Shown here: piece after piece, positions 20,471-30,209 of the stretch
Layout of the letters: every line of letters begins with the position of its first letter
Position numbering within the stretch: position 1 is the first letter of the stretch
NCBI GenBank assembly: GCA_963798915.1
Contig: CAWCVB010000001.1
Span: 270,216 to 334,215, forward strand
Source: an uncultured Gemmatimonadales bacterium
GTDB taxonomy: Bacteria; Gemmatimonadota; Gemmatimonadetes; Gemmatimonadales; GWC2-71-9
Length of the DNA: 64,000 nucleotides
Reading direction: 5' to 3'
Position numbers and translations under genes: made by a program
Notes under the pieces: model-generated
What the model was told of the DNA's origin: nothing
The model's database searches: none
Seen by the model: the letters and a program-made list of their open reading frames with translations, nothing else

Positions 20471-21399
20471 TTTCGCCTGAACAGATCCGGCGCTGGACCA
20501 AAGAAGAGGGCTTCCTGGCATGCGGCATTACCGATCTTGCGCCCAATGCCTACGCCGACGCGCTGGATGACTGGCTGGCCCGAGGCTTCGGCGGCACCAT
20601 GCGCTACCTGCACCGCCAGGCACGTCGCCGGAAAGATCCCGCGCTGGTGGACCCGGAGGCGCGATCGGCGATTGTAGTATTGGATAACTACTACTACGAC
20701 GACAGCCGCCGGAACGAGCGGCCGCCCAGGATAGCCAAGTACGCCCGGGGTCGGGACTACCACGAATCCGTGGGTGAGCGACTGGAGACGGTCGCGGCCC
20801 GGCTCCGCGCCCACGGGGCGGGCCACACCCGCTGCTACGTGGATGCCGGCCCCGTGCCCGAACGCGAGCTGGCGCGCCGAGCCGGCCTGGGCTGGATCGG
20901 AAAGAACAGCATGCTCATCCGTCCCGGGGTCGGCTCGTTCTTCTTCATTGGCGAAATACTGACCGACCTCGCGCTGCCGGCTGACCCGCCCTTCGAGACC
21001 GATCACTGCGGGAGCTGCACCCGGTGCCTTGACGCCTGTCCCACCGATGCCATTGTGGAGCCGAGGGTGCTGGACGCGACCCGCTGCATTTCCTATCTCA
21101 CCATCGAGCAGAAGGGACCGATTCCGGACGAGCTGGCGGCGAAGATGGAGGGCTGGGTGTTCGGGTGCGATATCTGTAATGACGTGTGCCCCTGGAATGA
21201 GAAGTTCGCGGGGCGGGATGGGCGGGATGGGCGGGATGGGCAGGATGGGCAGGATGGGCGGGAGGCGCTGGATTCGTTCGAGACGATGAGCGAGGAGGAG
21301 TTCGAGCGTCGCTTCGCCGGCACCCCATTCACTCGGGCCGGCCTGGACGGCATGCGGCGGAACATCAGGGCGGCGCTCCATCCTTCGCGGCGACGCTAA
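20467..21399 (+). CDS. queG: tRNA epoxyqueuosine(34) reductase
   Basis: YARGRDYH, YVDAGPVPER, AGLGWIGKN, CGSCTRCLDACPT, RCISYLTIE and GCDICNDVCPWN. Confidence 0.94.
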   Translation: MISPEQIRRWTKEEGFLACGITDLAPNAYADALDDWLARGFGGTMRYLHRQARRRKDPALVDPEARSAIVVLDNYYYDDSRRNERPPRIAKYARGRDYHESVGERLETVAARLRAHGAGHTRCYVDAGPVPERELARRAGLGWIGKNSMLIRPGVGSFFFIGEILTDLALPADPPFETDHCGSCTRCLDACPTDAIVEPRVLDATRCISYLTIEQKGPIPDELAAKMEGWVFGCDICNDVCPWNEKFAGRDGRDGRDGQDGQDGREALDSFETMSEEEFERRFAGTPFTRAGLDGMRRNIRAALHPSRRR

Positions 21400-21427
21400 G
21401 CACCCGAGACCCACGACCCGAGACCCG

Positions 21428-21868
21428 ATGGCTGAACCATTTCATTTTGCATTCTTCGTCAAGGACCTCGACTCCACCCGCCGGTTTTACGGCGAGCTGC
21501 TGGGCTGCCGCGAGGGGCGGAGCACGGCGACGTGGGTGGATTTTGACTTCTTCGGCAACCAGATCTCCTGCCACGCCAGCGGGGCGCCCATGACAACAAC
21601 GGATAGCGGCGTGGTGGATGGCGTGTCGGTGCCGATGCCGCACTTCGGTGCAGTGCTGCCGAGGGATGTGTTCGAGGCGTTGGCTGACCGGCTCCGTCGA
21701 GCGGGCCAGCGGTTCATCATCGAGCCGCGTCTCCGCTTCGCAGGAGAACCGGGCGAGCAGATGACGATGTTCCTCCGTGACCCGAGCGGGAATGCCCTGG
21801 AGTTCAAGAGTTTCCGGAATCCAGATCAGGTCTTCAGTCCCCTCTCGCCCGCCCTGCCCGTCCTGTGA
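21428..21868 (+). CDS. VOC/glyoxalase family protein
   Basis: PFHFAF, WVDFDFFGNQ, VPMPHFG and DPSGNALEFKSF. Confidence 0.9.
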   Translation: MAEPFHFAFFVKDLDSTRRFYGELLGCREGRSTATWVDFDFFGNQISCHASGAPMTTTDSGVVDGVSVPMPHFGAVLPRDVFEALADRLRRAGQRFIIEPRLRFAGEPGEQMTMFLRDPSGNALEFKSFRNPDQVFSPLSPALPVL

Positions 21869-23031
21869 TGAAATCCGCCTCGGTGCTCATCGTCGGCGGC
21901 GGGATCATCGGGGCCAGCATCGCCTGGCACCTGGCCAAGCTGGGCTGGCGCGACATCGTCATCGCCGACCGCGGTGGGTCGCCAGGTGACGGCAACACCA
22001 GCCGCACGACGGGGCTTTTCCGGTCCAACTTCAACGCACCGGTCAATGTGCGGCTTTCCTTGCTCTCCCGGCAGAAACTCGAGCATTTTCGCGATGAGAC
22101 CGGCGGTGACGCAGGCTACCACGCCACCGGCCATCTCTGGATTGCCGCCAACGCCGACGAGCTGGAGCGGCTGCGCGAGGGGTTGCGCGCGCAGCGGGCA
22201 GAGGGCGTGATCAACGTGCGCGAGCTGGGTGCGGACGACGCCCGACGCCTCAACCCCGCCTTGGCGCCGGACTGCGTTGCCGGCGGCGCCTTCTGCCCGC
22301 TCGACGGATCTTTCGAGCCGATGCAGGTCCTGAACGGGTATCTGGCGGCGTCCGAGCGGCATGGCGTCAAGGTCATGTGGGACGTCGATGTGCAGGGATT
22401 CAAGCGCAACGCGGCCCGTCGCATCACCGCAGCCGTGACCTCGGTCGGCACGATGCGGGTCGGCGCGGTGGTGAATGCGGCCGGGGCGTGGGCCGCGCCG
22501 ATGGCGGACAGGGCCGGCGTGGCGCTGCCGGTGCTGCCACTTCGCCGCCAGGTGCTGACGGCGACGGCGCACGCGGGCCTGCCGAATGGCATGCCGACAA
22601 CCACATTCATGGCTGACGGACTGCAGATCTGCCGAAAAGACGACCAACTGCTGTTCACGCGCCCATCCCCGGCGATCCGGGGGCGGCCATGGGACTGCAG
22701 TGTGGATGCGGCGTGGATCGAGGAGACGGCGGCGCTGGCCCGCAAGCGGATGCCGGTGCTCGCCGATGCCGCGCTCGATGGCGCAGGCTCCTGGGCCGGT
22801 CTCTATGAAATCTCCCCGGATCATCACCCGGTAGTCGGTGATTCGATCGAGTGCAGCAACTTTTTCATGGCCAACGGCGCGTCGGGGCACGGCGCCATGC
22901 ACGCGCCGGCGCTGGGCCAGCTCCTGGCCGAGCTGATGACCGAGGGCCGGGCGCCAGCCATGGATCTCGCTCCGCTTCGCCTGAGCCGGTTTTCGGAGGG
23001 CCAGCCCAACCCCGGATCGGTGTTTCCCTGA
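21868..23031 (+). CDS. FAD-dependent oxidoreductase, DAO/sarcosine oxidase beta-like
   Basis: IVGGGIIG, VVNAAGAWA, WAGLYEISPDHHPVVG and SGHGAMHAPALG. Confidence 0.88.
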   Translation: MKSASVLIVGGGIIGASIAWHLAKLGWRDIVIADRGGSPGDGNTSRTTGLFRSNFNAPVNVRLSLLSRQKLEHFRDETGGDAGYHATGHLWIAANADELERLREGLRAQRAEGVINVRELGADDARRLNPALAPDCVAGGAFCPLDGSFEPMQVLNGYLAASERHGVKVMWDVDVQGFKRNAARRITAAVTSVGTMRVGAVVNAAGAWAAPMADRAGVALPVLPLRRQVLTATAHAGLPNGMPTTTFMADGLQICRKDDQLLFTRPSPAIRGRPWDCSVDAAWIEETAALARKRMPVLADAALDGAGSWAGLYEISPDHHPVVGDSIECSNFFMANGASGHGAMHAPALGQLLAELMTEGRAPAMDLAPLRLSRFSEGQPNPGSVFP

Positions 23032-23609
23032 TGCGGTACCTGGCATTGGGCGACAGTTACACGGTGGGAGAGGGCACGGGTAAGGGCGAGAGCTTTCCGG
23101 CGCTCGTTGACCGTCTATGGTCGACAGTCAACGGTCGACGGTCGACAGTCGATCTCCTCGCCGCCACCGGCTGGACCACCGGCGACCTGCTGGCCGCCAT
23201 CCATTCGGCACCGCCGGCCGGGACCTACGATCTCGTCACCCTCTGCATTGGCGTCAACAACCAGTACCGTGGGCTCCCGGTCGGGCAGTTTCGGGCGGAG
23301 TTCGGCGAGCTGCTCGATCTCGCCATCCGGTATGCCGGCGGCGAGCCGGACCGCGTCCTGGCGCTATCCATTCCCGATTGGGGCGTCACTCCTTTCGCCG
23401 AGGGGCGTGACCGGACGGTCATTGCAGGTGAAATTGATCTGTTCAACCGGGAGGCGGCATCGGCGGCGCGGGCACGGGGCGCGGGATGGCTCGACGTCAC
23501 GGGCGATTCGCGGGCCCATCCGGCCGATGTCGTGGGCGACGGCCTTCATCCGTCTGCAGCAGCATACCGGCGCTGGGCGCAGCTCGTCGTGCAGCAGCTT
23601 CAACCCTGA
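23031..23609 (+). CDS. SGNH/GDSL hydrolase
   Basis: LALGDSYT, TGWTT, IGVNNQYRG and DGLHPS. Confidence 0.9.
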   Translation: MRYLALGDSYTVGEGTGKGESFPALVDRLWSTVNGRRSTVDLLAATGWTTGDLLAAIHSAPPAGTYDLVTLCIGVNNQYRGLPVGQFRAEFGELLDLAIRYAGGEPDRVLALSIPDWGVTPFAEGRDRTVIAGEIDLFNREAASAARARGAGWLDVTGDSRAHPADVVGDGLHPSAAAYRRWAQLVVQQLQP

Positions 23610-23620
23610 CAGGAAGACTC

Positions 23621-24403
23621 ATGGCCTTCGGATTGCCGGAAAGCGAAACCCGCCTGACCTACGGCGGCTACCTGCGGGTCGGCGAACTGATCCGGCTGCA
23701 GCAGCTCAAGTCCGACCCGCCGCAGCACGACGAAATGCTCTTCATCATCATCCACCAGACTTATGAGCTCTGGTTCAAGCAGATCCTGCATGAACTCGAC
23801 GGGATCGTGCGGCGGATCGACGGGGACGACGTGCTGGGCGCCAGCCGGCTGCTGCGGCGCTGCCACGCCATCGAGCGGGTGCTGGTGGAACAGCTGTCGG
23901 TATTGGAGACGATGACGCCGGTGGAGTTTCTGTCCTTCCGCAACCATCTCATGCCGGCCAGCGGATTCCAGTCGGCCCAGTTCCGTGAGCTCGAGTTCAC
24001 GACCGGGCTCAAGGATGCCCGGGTCCTCTCGCACTATACCGAGGGCTCGCCGGAGCATGCCAGGCTCACGTCCCGCCTGGACGGACGAACACTGCGTGAT
24101 GCCTGGAGTGCGATCATGACGCGGCGCGGATTCGGCGCTGATGCGCCCGGCGTGGCCGGAGTCTATCACGACGCCGGGACGCATCCCGATCTGTTTCAGT
24201 TGCTCGAGGCCCTGATCGAGTTCGACGAACTGCTCTCGCTCTGGCGCTACCGCCATGTGCAGATGGTCGAGCGGGTGATCGGTGGCAAGCCCGGAACGGG
24301 CGGCAGCAGCGGTGCCGAATACCTCCGCGGAACCATGAGCCGTCGGATCTTCCCCGAACTCTGGGACGCGCGCACCCTGCTGGGCTCCGGAGGCTACGAG
24401 TGA
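23621..24403 (+). CDS. kynA: Tryptophan 2,3-dioxygenase
   Basis: TYGGYL, HDEMLFIIIHQTYELWFKQ, ASGFQSAQFR, WRYRH, GTGGSSG and FPELW. Confidence 0.94.
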   Translation: MAFGLPESETRLTYGGYLRVGELIRLQQLKSDPPQHDEMLFIIIHQTYELWFKQILHELDGIVRRIDGDDVLGASRLLRRCHAIERVLVEQLSVLETMTPVEFLSFRNHLMPASGFQSAQFRELEFTTGLKDARVLSHYTEGSPEHARLTSRLDGRTLRDAWSAIMTRRGFGADAPGVAGVYHDAGTHPDLFQLLEALIEFDELLSLWRYRHVQMVERVIGGKPGTGGSSGAEYLRGTMSRRIFPELWDARTLLGSGGYE

Positions 24404-24933
24404 GCGACGATCTCCGTTATCCTGTGGGAGCGTTTCAGGCGCCCGCCGTGGTCAGCGCCGACGATCGCGCGGCATTCATCGAAACCATTGCGGAGACGCC
24501 GGCCCTGCTGCGCGCCGCGGTGGCGGGACTCGACGACGACCAGCTGGACACACCATATCGGCCCGAGGGATGGACGGTGCGTCAGGTGGTGCACCACCTG
24601 CCCGACAGTCACATGAATGCCTATATCAGGTTCCGGCTGTCATTGACCGAGGATCGTCCCGTCATCCGTCCCTATTACGAGGCGGAATGGGCCAGGCTGC
24701 CTGACGCCGCGTCGGGTCCGGTGGCATATTCGCTCGCCCTGCTCGAGGCGCTGCACGTACGCTGGGTCGTGCTTCTCCGCGCCATGACAGACGCCGATTT
24801 CCTTCGGGTGTACCGCCATCCCGAGCAGCCAGGCCGGGACCTGCCCTTGAGTGAGGTGCTGGCCACCTACGCCTGGCATTGCCGGCATCACCTGGCGCAC
24901 ATCACCAGCCTTCGCGAACGGATGGGGTGGTAA
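24400..24933 (+). CDS. yfiT: YfiT/BstA family bacillithiol transferase (DinB superfamily)
   Basis: DLRYPVG, LDTPYRPEGWTVRQVVHHLPDSHMN and YAWHCRHHLAHI. Confidence 0.9.
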   Translation: MSDDLRYPVGAFQAPAVVSADDRAAFIETIAETPALLRAAVAGLDDDQLDTPYRPEGWTVRQVVHHLPDSHMNAYIRFRLSLTEDRPVIRPYYEAEWARLPDAASGPVAYSLALLEALHVRWVVLLRAMTDADFLRVYRHPEQPGRDLPLSEVLATYAWHCRHHLAHITSLRERMGW

Positions 24934-24934
24934 C

Positions 24935-25432
24935 ATGCTCGAGCACATTCGGGTCATCACCGACTGGGAGCAGGGCGTCCTGCGCATTGCCGCGGCCATG
25001 GCCGGTGGCATGGTGCTCGGCATCAATCGCGATCTCCGGGGCAAGCCCGCCGGCGTGCGGACCCACGCACTGGTGGCCATCGGCTCATGCGTGTCGGCGG
25101 TGATCGCCTCCCTCATCATCACATCCGATCAGCTGCCGGACAACGATGCCCTGGGGCGCGTGATGCAGGGCATCATTACCGGGGTCGGCTTCATCGGTGG
25201 TGGCGTGATCCTCAAGATGCCGGAAGCGCGCGCCATCCAGGGACTCACGACGGCCGCGTCAATCTGGGTGACGGCCTGCATCAGCGTCGCCTTTGCACTG
25301 GGACTCTGGTACCTGGGCATTGCCGGCGTGGTGCTGACGCTGGTGGCGCTGCTGCTGGGCGGCGCCGTGGAACAGACCAGCGAGCGGCTGTTCAGCGGCC
25401 ATCACCGCCCGGACGGCCCCGGGCCGTCCTGA
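24935..25432 (+). CDS. MgtC/SapB family membrane protein
   Basis: KPAGVRTH, GIITGVGFIGGG and GLTTAASIW. Confidence 0.9.
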   Translation: MLEHIRVITDWEQGVLRIAAAMAGGMVLGINRDLRGKPAGVRTHALVAIGSCVSAVIASLIITSDQLPDNDALGRVMQGIITGVGFIGGGVILKMPEARAIQGLTTAASIWVTACISVAFALGLWYLGIAGVVLTLVALLLGGAVEQTSERLFSGHHRPDGPGPS

Positions 25433-25441
25433 GGCATCGCC

Positions 25442-25981
25442 GTGCGCGCCACGCTGGATACGCCCCGCTTCCTGCTGCGACCCTTTGTGCAGGACGACGC
25501 CGCCGAGGTGACGCGCATCGTCAGCGACCGGGAGATCGCGTCCACCACGCTCAACATTCCGCATCCCTACGAGCCGGGCATGGCCAAGCAGTGGATTGCC
25601 ACCCACGCGGATGGACTGCACCGCCAGTCGCCCGTGGTCTTCGCCGTGACCGAGCGGGAGAGCGGGAAGCTGGTGGGCGCAATCGGACTGACGCTCGAGC
25701 CGGCGCATCACCGGGCGGAGATGGGATACTGGGTGGCGCGCGAGACCTGGGGCAAGGGCGTGTGCACTGAAGCGGCCACCGCCGTGATGCGCTACGGCTT
25801 CGACATTCTCGGCATCGAACGGATCCATGCCCATCATTTTGCCAGCAACCGAGCCTCCGGCCGTGTCATGGAGAAGCTGGGCATGCGCCACGAAGGGACC
25901 CTCCGCGGCCACGTAGAGAAGTGGGGGCGGCGCGAGGACATCGAGTGCTACGGCATCCTGCGTGAAGAGTTCGCGTCGTGA
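25442..25981 (+). CDS. GNAT acetyltransferase, RimJ/RimL type
   Basis: AEMGYW, WGKGVCTEA and NRASGRVMEKLGM. Confidence 0.9.
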   Translation: MRATLDTPRFLLRPFVQDDAAEVTRIVSDREIASTTLNIPHPYEPGMAKQWIATHADGLHRQSPVVFAVTERESGKLVGAIGLTLEPAHHRAEMGYWVARETWGKGVCTEAATAVMRYGFDILGIERIHAHHFASNRASGRVMEKLGMRHEGTLRGHVEKWGRREDIECYGILREEFAS

Positions 25982-26493
25982 CCGCCGCCGATCCCGCCCG
26001 GCAGTCCAGTCTTGTCCGTCCAGACAACCTGGAATCGCTTCGCCGGCTCGCCTGGCTGCTGGACAGCCAGTTCCGGGTGCCGGGCACCGTCTTCAGGTTC
26101 GGACTGGATGCGCTGGTGGGACTGGTTCCCGGTTTTGGCGACGTGCTCGGCGCCGTGGCCTCGGTGCTCTTCCTGGTGCAGGCGGTGCGGATGAAGGCGC
26201 CGGGCGCCGTGGTCGGCCGGATGGTGGCCAACATCACGATCGAGACGCTCCTCGGCATCATACCTGTCATCGGCGACCTGTTCGACGCCAGCTTCAAGGC
26301 CAACCAGCGCAATCTCCGGCTGCTCCAGCGGCTGCAGGCCGAGCCCGAGACGACCCACCGTTCGAGCCGGCGACTCCTGATCGGCATGGGTCTCGGAATC
26401 GTGCTTCTGTTCGTCGCGGTCGGCATTGTCGCCGTGGTCATCGGCGTCATGATCATCCGGGCGATCATCGAGGGCCGGGGACCGCTGGGTTAG
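25978..26493 (+). CDS. DUF4112 domain membrane protein
   Basis: LLDSQFRVPG..RFGLDALVGLVPGFGD and IPVIGDLFD..FKANQRN. Confidence 0.9.
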   Translation: MTAADPARQSSLVRPDNLESLRRLAWLLDSQFRVPGTVFRFGLDALVGLVPGFGDVLGAVASVLFLVQAVRMKAPGAVVGRMVANITIETLLGIIPVIGDLFDASFKANQRNLRLLQRLQAEPETTHRSSRRLLIGMGLGIVLLFVAVGIVAVVIGVMIIRAIIEGRGPLG

Positions 26494-26683
26494 GAGACGG
26501 AATGGGCAGGTTGGGTAGGGTGAGTGGTCGTCAGTCGTCAGCCTTCAGTCGTCATGATGACAGCGCGCGTCCAACCCCGACCGACGACCGACGACTGACT
26601 TCTTACTAATGACAGAACCCGCCATGCGTGCCATATTCGGCATGCCCAGCGACCACCATCACTGATCCACCATCGAGGCTACC

Positions 26684-27418
26684 GTGCCGGAGCTGCGCCT
26701 CCTGCTGCTCAGCAATTCCACCATGCCTGGCGAGGGCTACCTCGGCTGGGCACGGCCACATCTCGGCATCTTCCTGGGCCGGGAGGTGCGCCGAGTCTTC
26801 TTCGTCCCATTCGCCGGCGTCACCCGACCGTGGGATGAATATGCGGCGGTGGTACGCGGAGCATTCGGCGAACTGGGCTATGAGGTGGTGAGCGCGCACG
26901 ATGTGCCCGACCCGGTGTCGGCCCTGCGCCAGTCGGACGCCGTGGCAGTGGGCGGCGGCAACACCTTTCATCTACTTGCGGGCCTCCATGCCACTGGTCT
27001 CCTCGGTCCCATGCGGGACGCCGCCCGCCAGGGAATGCCTTATGTGGGCTGGAGTGCCGGCTCCAACATCGCGTGTCCCAGCATCCGCACCACCAATGAC
27101 ATGCCGATCGTGGAGACGCCCGGCCTTGGCTCCCTGGGCCTGCTTCCATTTCAGATCAATGCGCACTATACGGAAGGACGACTCGCCGACCATGGTGGCG
27201 AGACACGGGTGGAGCGGCTCCGGGAGTTTGTCTCCGCCAATCCGGGCATGCCGGTGCTGGCCCTCCCCGAGGGAACAGCGCTCAGGGTGGAAGGCACCGA
27301 GCTCATCCTGATCGGCCGGCCGGAGGCGGTGCTCTACGGCCTGAACGGCGGACCTCGCGCGGTAGACGCACACGCGCTCAAGGAACTGGGCATTGCGGGA
27401 CTCACGCCGGCCCGCTGA
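26684..27418 (+). CDS. pepE: Dipeptidase E (S51)
   Basis: LLLSNST, VGGGNTF, GWSAGSN, IRTTNDMPI, FQINAHY and GETR. Confidence 0.93.
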   Translation: MPELRLLLLSNSTMPGEGYLGWARPHLGIFLGREVRRVFFVPFAGVTRPWDEYAAVVRGAFGELGYEVVSAHDVPDPVSALRQSDAVAVGGGNTFHLLAGLHATGLLGPMRDAARQGMPYVGWSAGSNIACPSIRTTNDMPIVETPGLGSLGLLPFQINAHYTEGRLADHGGETRVERLREFVSANPGMPVLALPEGTALRVEGTELILIGRPEAVLYGLNGGPRAVDAHALKELGIAGLTPAR

Positions 27419-27441
27419 ATCTCTCACGTCAGGACCTCGCC

Positions 27442-29277
27442 ATGCTTCGTCGATTTGCCGTCCTGCTCTCTGTGTTGCTCCCGCTTCCCATCGCGCTCCT
27501 GGGTCAGCAGGACACCAGCGGATATGTCGAGACTGAGGCCATGGTCCCGATGCGAGACGGCGTGAAGCTGCATACACTGTACTACGTCCCGAAGCAGGCG
27601 AAGGGCAAGCTGCCGATCATCCTGACGCGCACTCCCTACGGCATCGACCATCGCTTCGGCGGCAACCTGCGCAGCTACTACGCCGCTCTGGCCCGCGAGG
27701 GATACATCTTTGCCTACCAGGATATCCGGGGGCGCTACGGCAGCGAGGGAACCTTTGTCATGCAGCGTGCGCCGGCTCACCTGAAGGACAAGCACGCGGT
27801 GGATGAGAGCAGCGACGCGTGGGACACGATCGACTGGCTGGTCAAGCACGTGCCCGGCAACAGCGGCCGTGTGGGCATGCTGGGAATCTCGTATCCGGGA
27901 TGGACCACGGCGATGGCGCTGATAGACCCGCATCCCGCGTTGCGGGCCGCCTCGCCCCAGGCGTCACCGGCCGACATGTGGCTGGGAGACGACTTTCACC
28001 ACCAGGGCGCCTTCCGGCTGAGCTACGGTTTCGAGTATGCCGTGCTGACTGAAGCAGCCGACACCAACAGCAATTTTTCGTTCGACCGCTACGACACCTA
28101 CGACTGGTACCTGGAACTGGGTCCGCTCTCCAACGTCAACGACAGCATCCTGCATGGCAGCCTGCCAACCTGGAACGATTACGTTGCGCACCCTGACTAC
28201 GATGCTTTCTGGCAGCGACAGACCATTGCGCCCTACCTCACCACGGTCACGGTACCGACCCTGAACGTGGCCGGCTGGTGGGACCAGGAGGATTTCTACG
28301 GGCCGGTCCGGATCTATGAGGCGATGGAGCCGCACGATACCAAGCACCTGAGCCGGCTCGTGGTCGGTCCCTGGAACCATGGCGGTTGGGCTGGCGGGCC
28401 GGGACAGAAGCTTGGCAATATCGATTTCGGAAGCCCCACGGGCGAGTTCTTCCGCGACAGTGTACAGGCGCCGTTCTTCGCGTTCTACCTGAAGGACAAG
28501 GGCGAACTCAACCTGCCGGAAGCGCTGACCTGGGAATCGGGCGCGGGTCGATGGGTGCGCAACGATGCATGGCCGGCCAGGGACGGGGTGGCGCAGCGGA
28601 ACCTGTACTTCCAACCTGATGGCGGGCTCTCGTTCGAGCCGCCGATGTCCTCATCCGACAGCGTGGACAGCTATCGCTCGGACCCCACCCACCCGGTGCC
28701 GTATCGTCATCGTCCGATAGAGCCGACCTACTTCCCCGGTGGCTCGGGCTGGTACACCTGGCTGCTCCAGGACCAGCGCTTTGCGGCCGCCCGGCCCGAT
28801 GTCCTGACATGGGAAACCGAGCCGCTCGCCGACGACGTCATCGTGCGTGGCCGCATCGCAGCGCACCTGTTCGCCAGCACCACCGGGCAGGACGCTGACT
28901 GGGTGGTGAAGCTGATCGACGTCTACCCCGAGCGCTACGAGCCTGATCCCAAGCTGGGCGGGTACCAGCTCATGGTGGCAAACGATGTGCTGCGGGGTCG
29001 CTATCGCGACAGCTGGGAAAAACCCACACCGATTCCATCCGACAGCGTGGTTGCATTCACGGTGGACATGCACACCCAGGATTACCGCTTCCTGAAGGGC
29101 CATCGCATCATGGTACAGGTGCAGAGTTCCTGGTTTCCCATCATTGACCGGAATCCGCAGACCTGGGTGCCCAGCATCTTCACGGCGAGTGCCAGCGACT
29201 ACAAGGCGCAGACTCACCGGGTGTATCGGTCACCAGAGTATCCGTCGCATGTGACAGTGGATGTGGCGGAGAAGTAG
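27442..29277 (+). CDS. Secreted CocE/NonD family hydrolase (alpha-amino acid ester hydrolase-like)
   Basis: Signal peptide, MRDGVKL, RTPY, QDIRGRYGSEG, GISYPG, WDQED and GPWNHG. Confidence 0.93.
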   Translation: MLRRFAVLLSVLLPLPIALLGQQDTSGYVETEAMVPMRDGVKLHTLYYVPKQAKGKLPIILTRTPYGIDHRFGGNLRSYYAALAREGYIFAYQDIRGRYGSEGTFVMQRAPAHLKDKHAVDESSDAWDTIDWLVKHVPGNSGRVGMLGISYPGWTTAMALIDPHPALRAASPQASPADMWLGDDFHHQGAFRLSYGFEYAVLTEAADTNSNFSFDRYDTYDWYLELGPLSNVNDSILHGSLPTWNDYVAHPDYDAFWQRQTIAPYLTTVTVPTLNVAGWWDQEDFYGPVRIYEAMEPHDTKHLSRLVVGPWNHGGWAGGPGQKLGNIDFGSPTGEFFRDSVQAPFFAFYLKDKGELNLPEALTWESGAGRWVRNDAWPARDGVAQRNLYFQPDGGLSFEPPMSSSDSVDSYRSDPTHPVPYRHRPIEPTYFPGGSGWYTWLLQDQRFAAARPDVLTWETEPLADDVIVRGRIAAHLFASTTGQDADWVVKLIDVYPERYEPDPKLGGYQLMVANDVLRGRYRDSWEKPTPIPSDSVVAFTVDMHTQDYRFLKGHRIMVQVQSSWFPIIDRNPQTWVPSIFTASASDYKAQTHRVYRSPEYPSHVTVDVAEK

Positions 29278-29667
29278 GAAGGCGGGAAGGCGGGAAGGCG
29301 GGAAGACGGGAGGACGGGAGGACGCCGAGCCACCTGACGTTCCCGCGTCTTCCACCCCACTTCCCACGGTCATCCGCCAGGCCAGCGCCAGTCCCGCCGA
29401 CAGCACCATCACCATCACCATATGGTAGACGATGTCCGGCATGGTACGGGGGCCCACGCCGACGATGATGGTGAAAATCCCGACCAGCGTGCCGAGGAGA
29501 GCAAACCCTTGCGCCATGAGGGCAGCCTGGCGTGCCCGCCACCAGGTGAGTATCAGGCCCAGCAGCAGCACGATCGCGATGATGGCTTCCGCGACGCGCG
29601 CGGCGTGATGCTCATAGCCGGCAATGAATCGGCCGGAATGGATCAGCGAGGCTGCGACAAAGGTCAT
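29230..29667 (-). CDS. Hypothetical membrane protein, C-terminus extended through an octamer repeat
   Basis: About 4 hydrophobic helices, ASLIHSG and DIVYH. The true start is uncertain. Confidence 0.6.
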   Translation of the reverse strand: MTFVAASLIHSGRFIAGYEHHAARVAEAIIAIVLLLGLILTWWRARQAALMAQGFALLGTLVGIFTIIVGVGPRTMPDIVYHMVMVMVLSAGLALAWRMTVGSGVEDAGTSGGSASSRPPVFPPSRLPAFLLLRHIHCHMRRILW

Positions 29668-29690
29668 GGCCTCTCTCGGCGGCTCGGCGG

Positions 29691-30209
29691 CTAGAACATA
29701 CCTCGCTCCCGGAGCGCCTCGACAACCTCCGTTACAACCTGTGCCGGCGAGCGGGTGGCATCAATCGTAATTGCATCGCCTGGCTCTTCCAGATCGGCAA
29801 ACTGCGATGGCGCCAGCGTCTCCGACGCGAAGTGGCCTGCACGCGCCTTCAGTCGCTCGGCCGCGACGGCTTCTGGCACCTTGAGATAGACAAAGACGAT
29901 GTTGCCGCCGGCCGTATCGGCGCGAAGTTCGCTTCGGTATGCTTCCTTGAGTGCGGAACAAGCCAGCACCATGGAGCGACCAGCGTGGACATGGCTCGCG
30001 ATCGAGCGGCCCAGTCGAGCGAGCCAGGGAGCACGATCGGCATCCGTCAGCGGCTGACCTCGCGCCAGGTGCCGTCTAGCTCGATCACTATGGTAGTCGT
30101 CGCCCTCTTCAAACGGCCAGCCGAGCTCGTCGGCAAGACGTGCACCGATGGTGGACTTGCCGGCGCCCGAGACACCCATGACAATCACGATGGTCGCGCT
30201 GGCGGGCAT
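29691..30209 (-). CDS. gntK: Gluconokinase (GntK/IdnK type)
   Basis: MGVSGAGKST, EGDDYH, PLTDADRAPW, LACSALKEAYR and SQFADLEEP. Confidence 0.9.
   Translation of the reverse strand: MPASATIVIVMGVSGAGKSTIGARLADELGWPFEEGDDYHSDRARRHLARGQPLTDADRAPWLARLGRSIASHVHAGRSMVLACSALKEAYRSELRADTAGGNIVFVYLKVPEAVAAERLKARAGHFASETLAPSQFADLEEPGDAITIDATRSPAQVVTEVVEALRERGMF

Noticed and set aside
19091..20521. Long antisense and alternative-frame ORFs (for example 19091-20521 minus, 33901-35505 plus, 49721-51193 plus, 51697-53217 plus)
   Set aside because: They are shadows of real genes in high-GC DNA and carry no recognisable motifs. Only the 52702-52830 part of the last one is used, as a frameshifted N-terminus.
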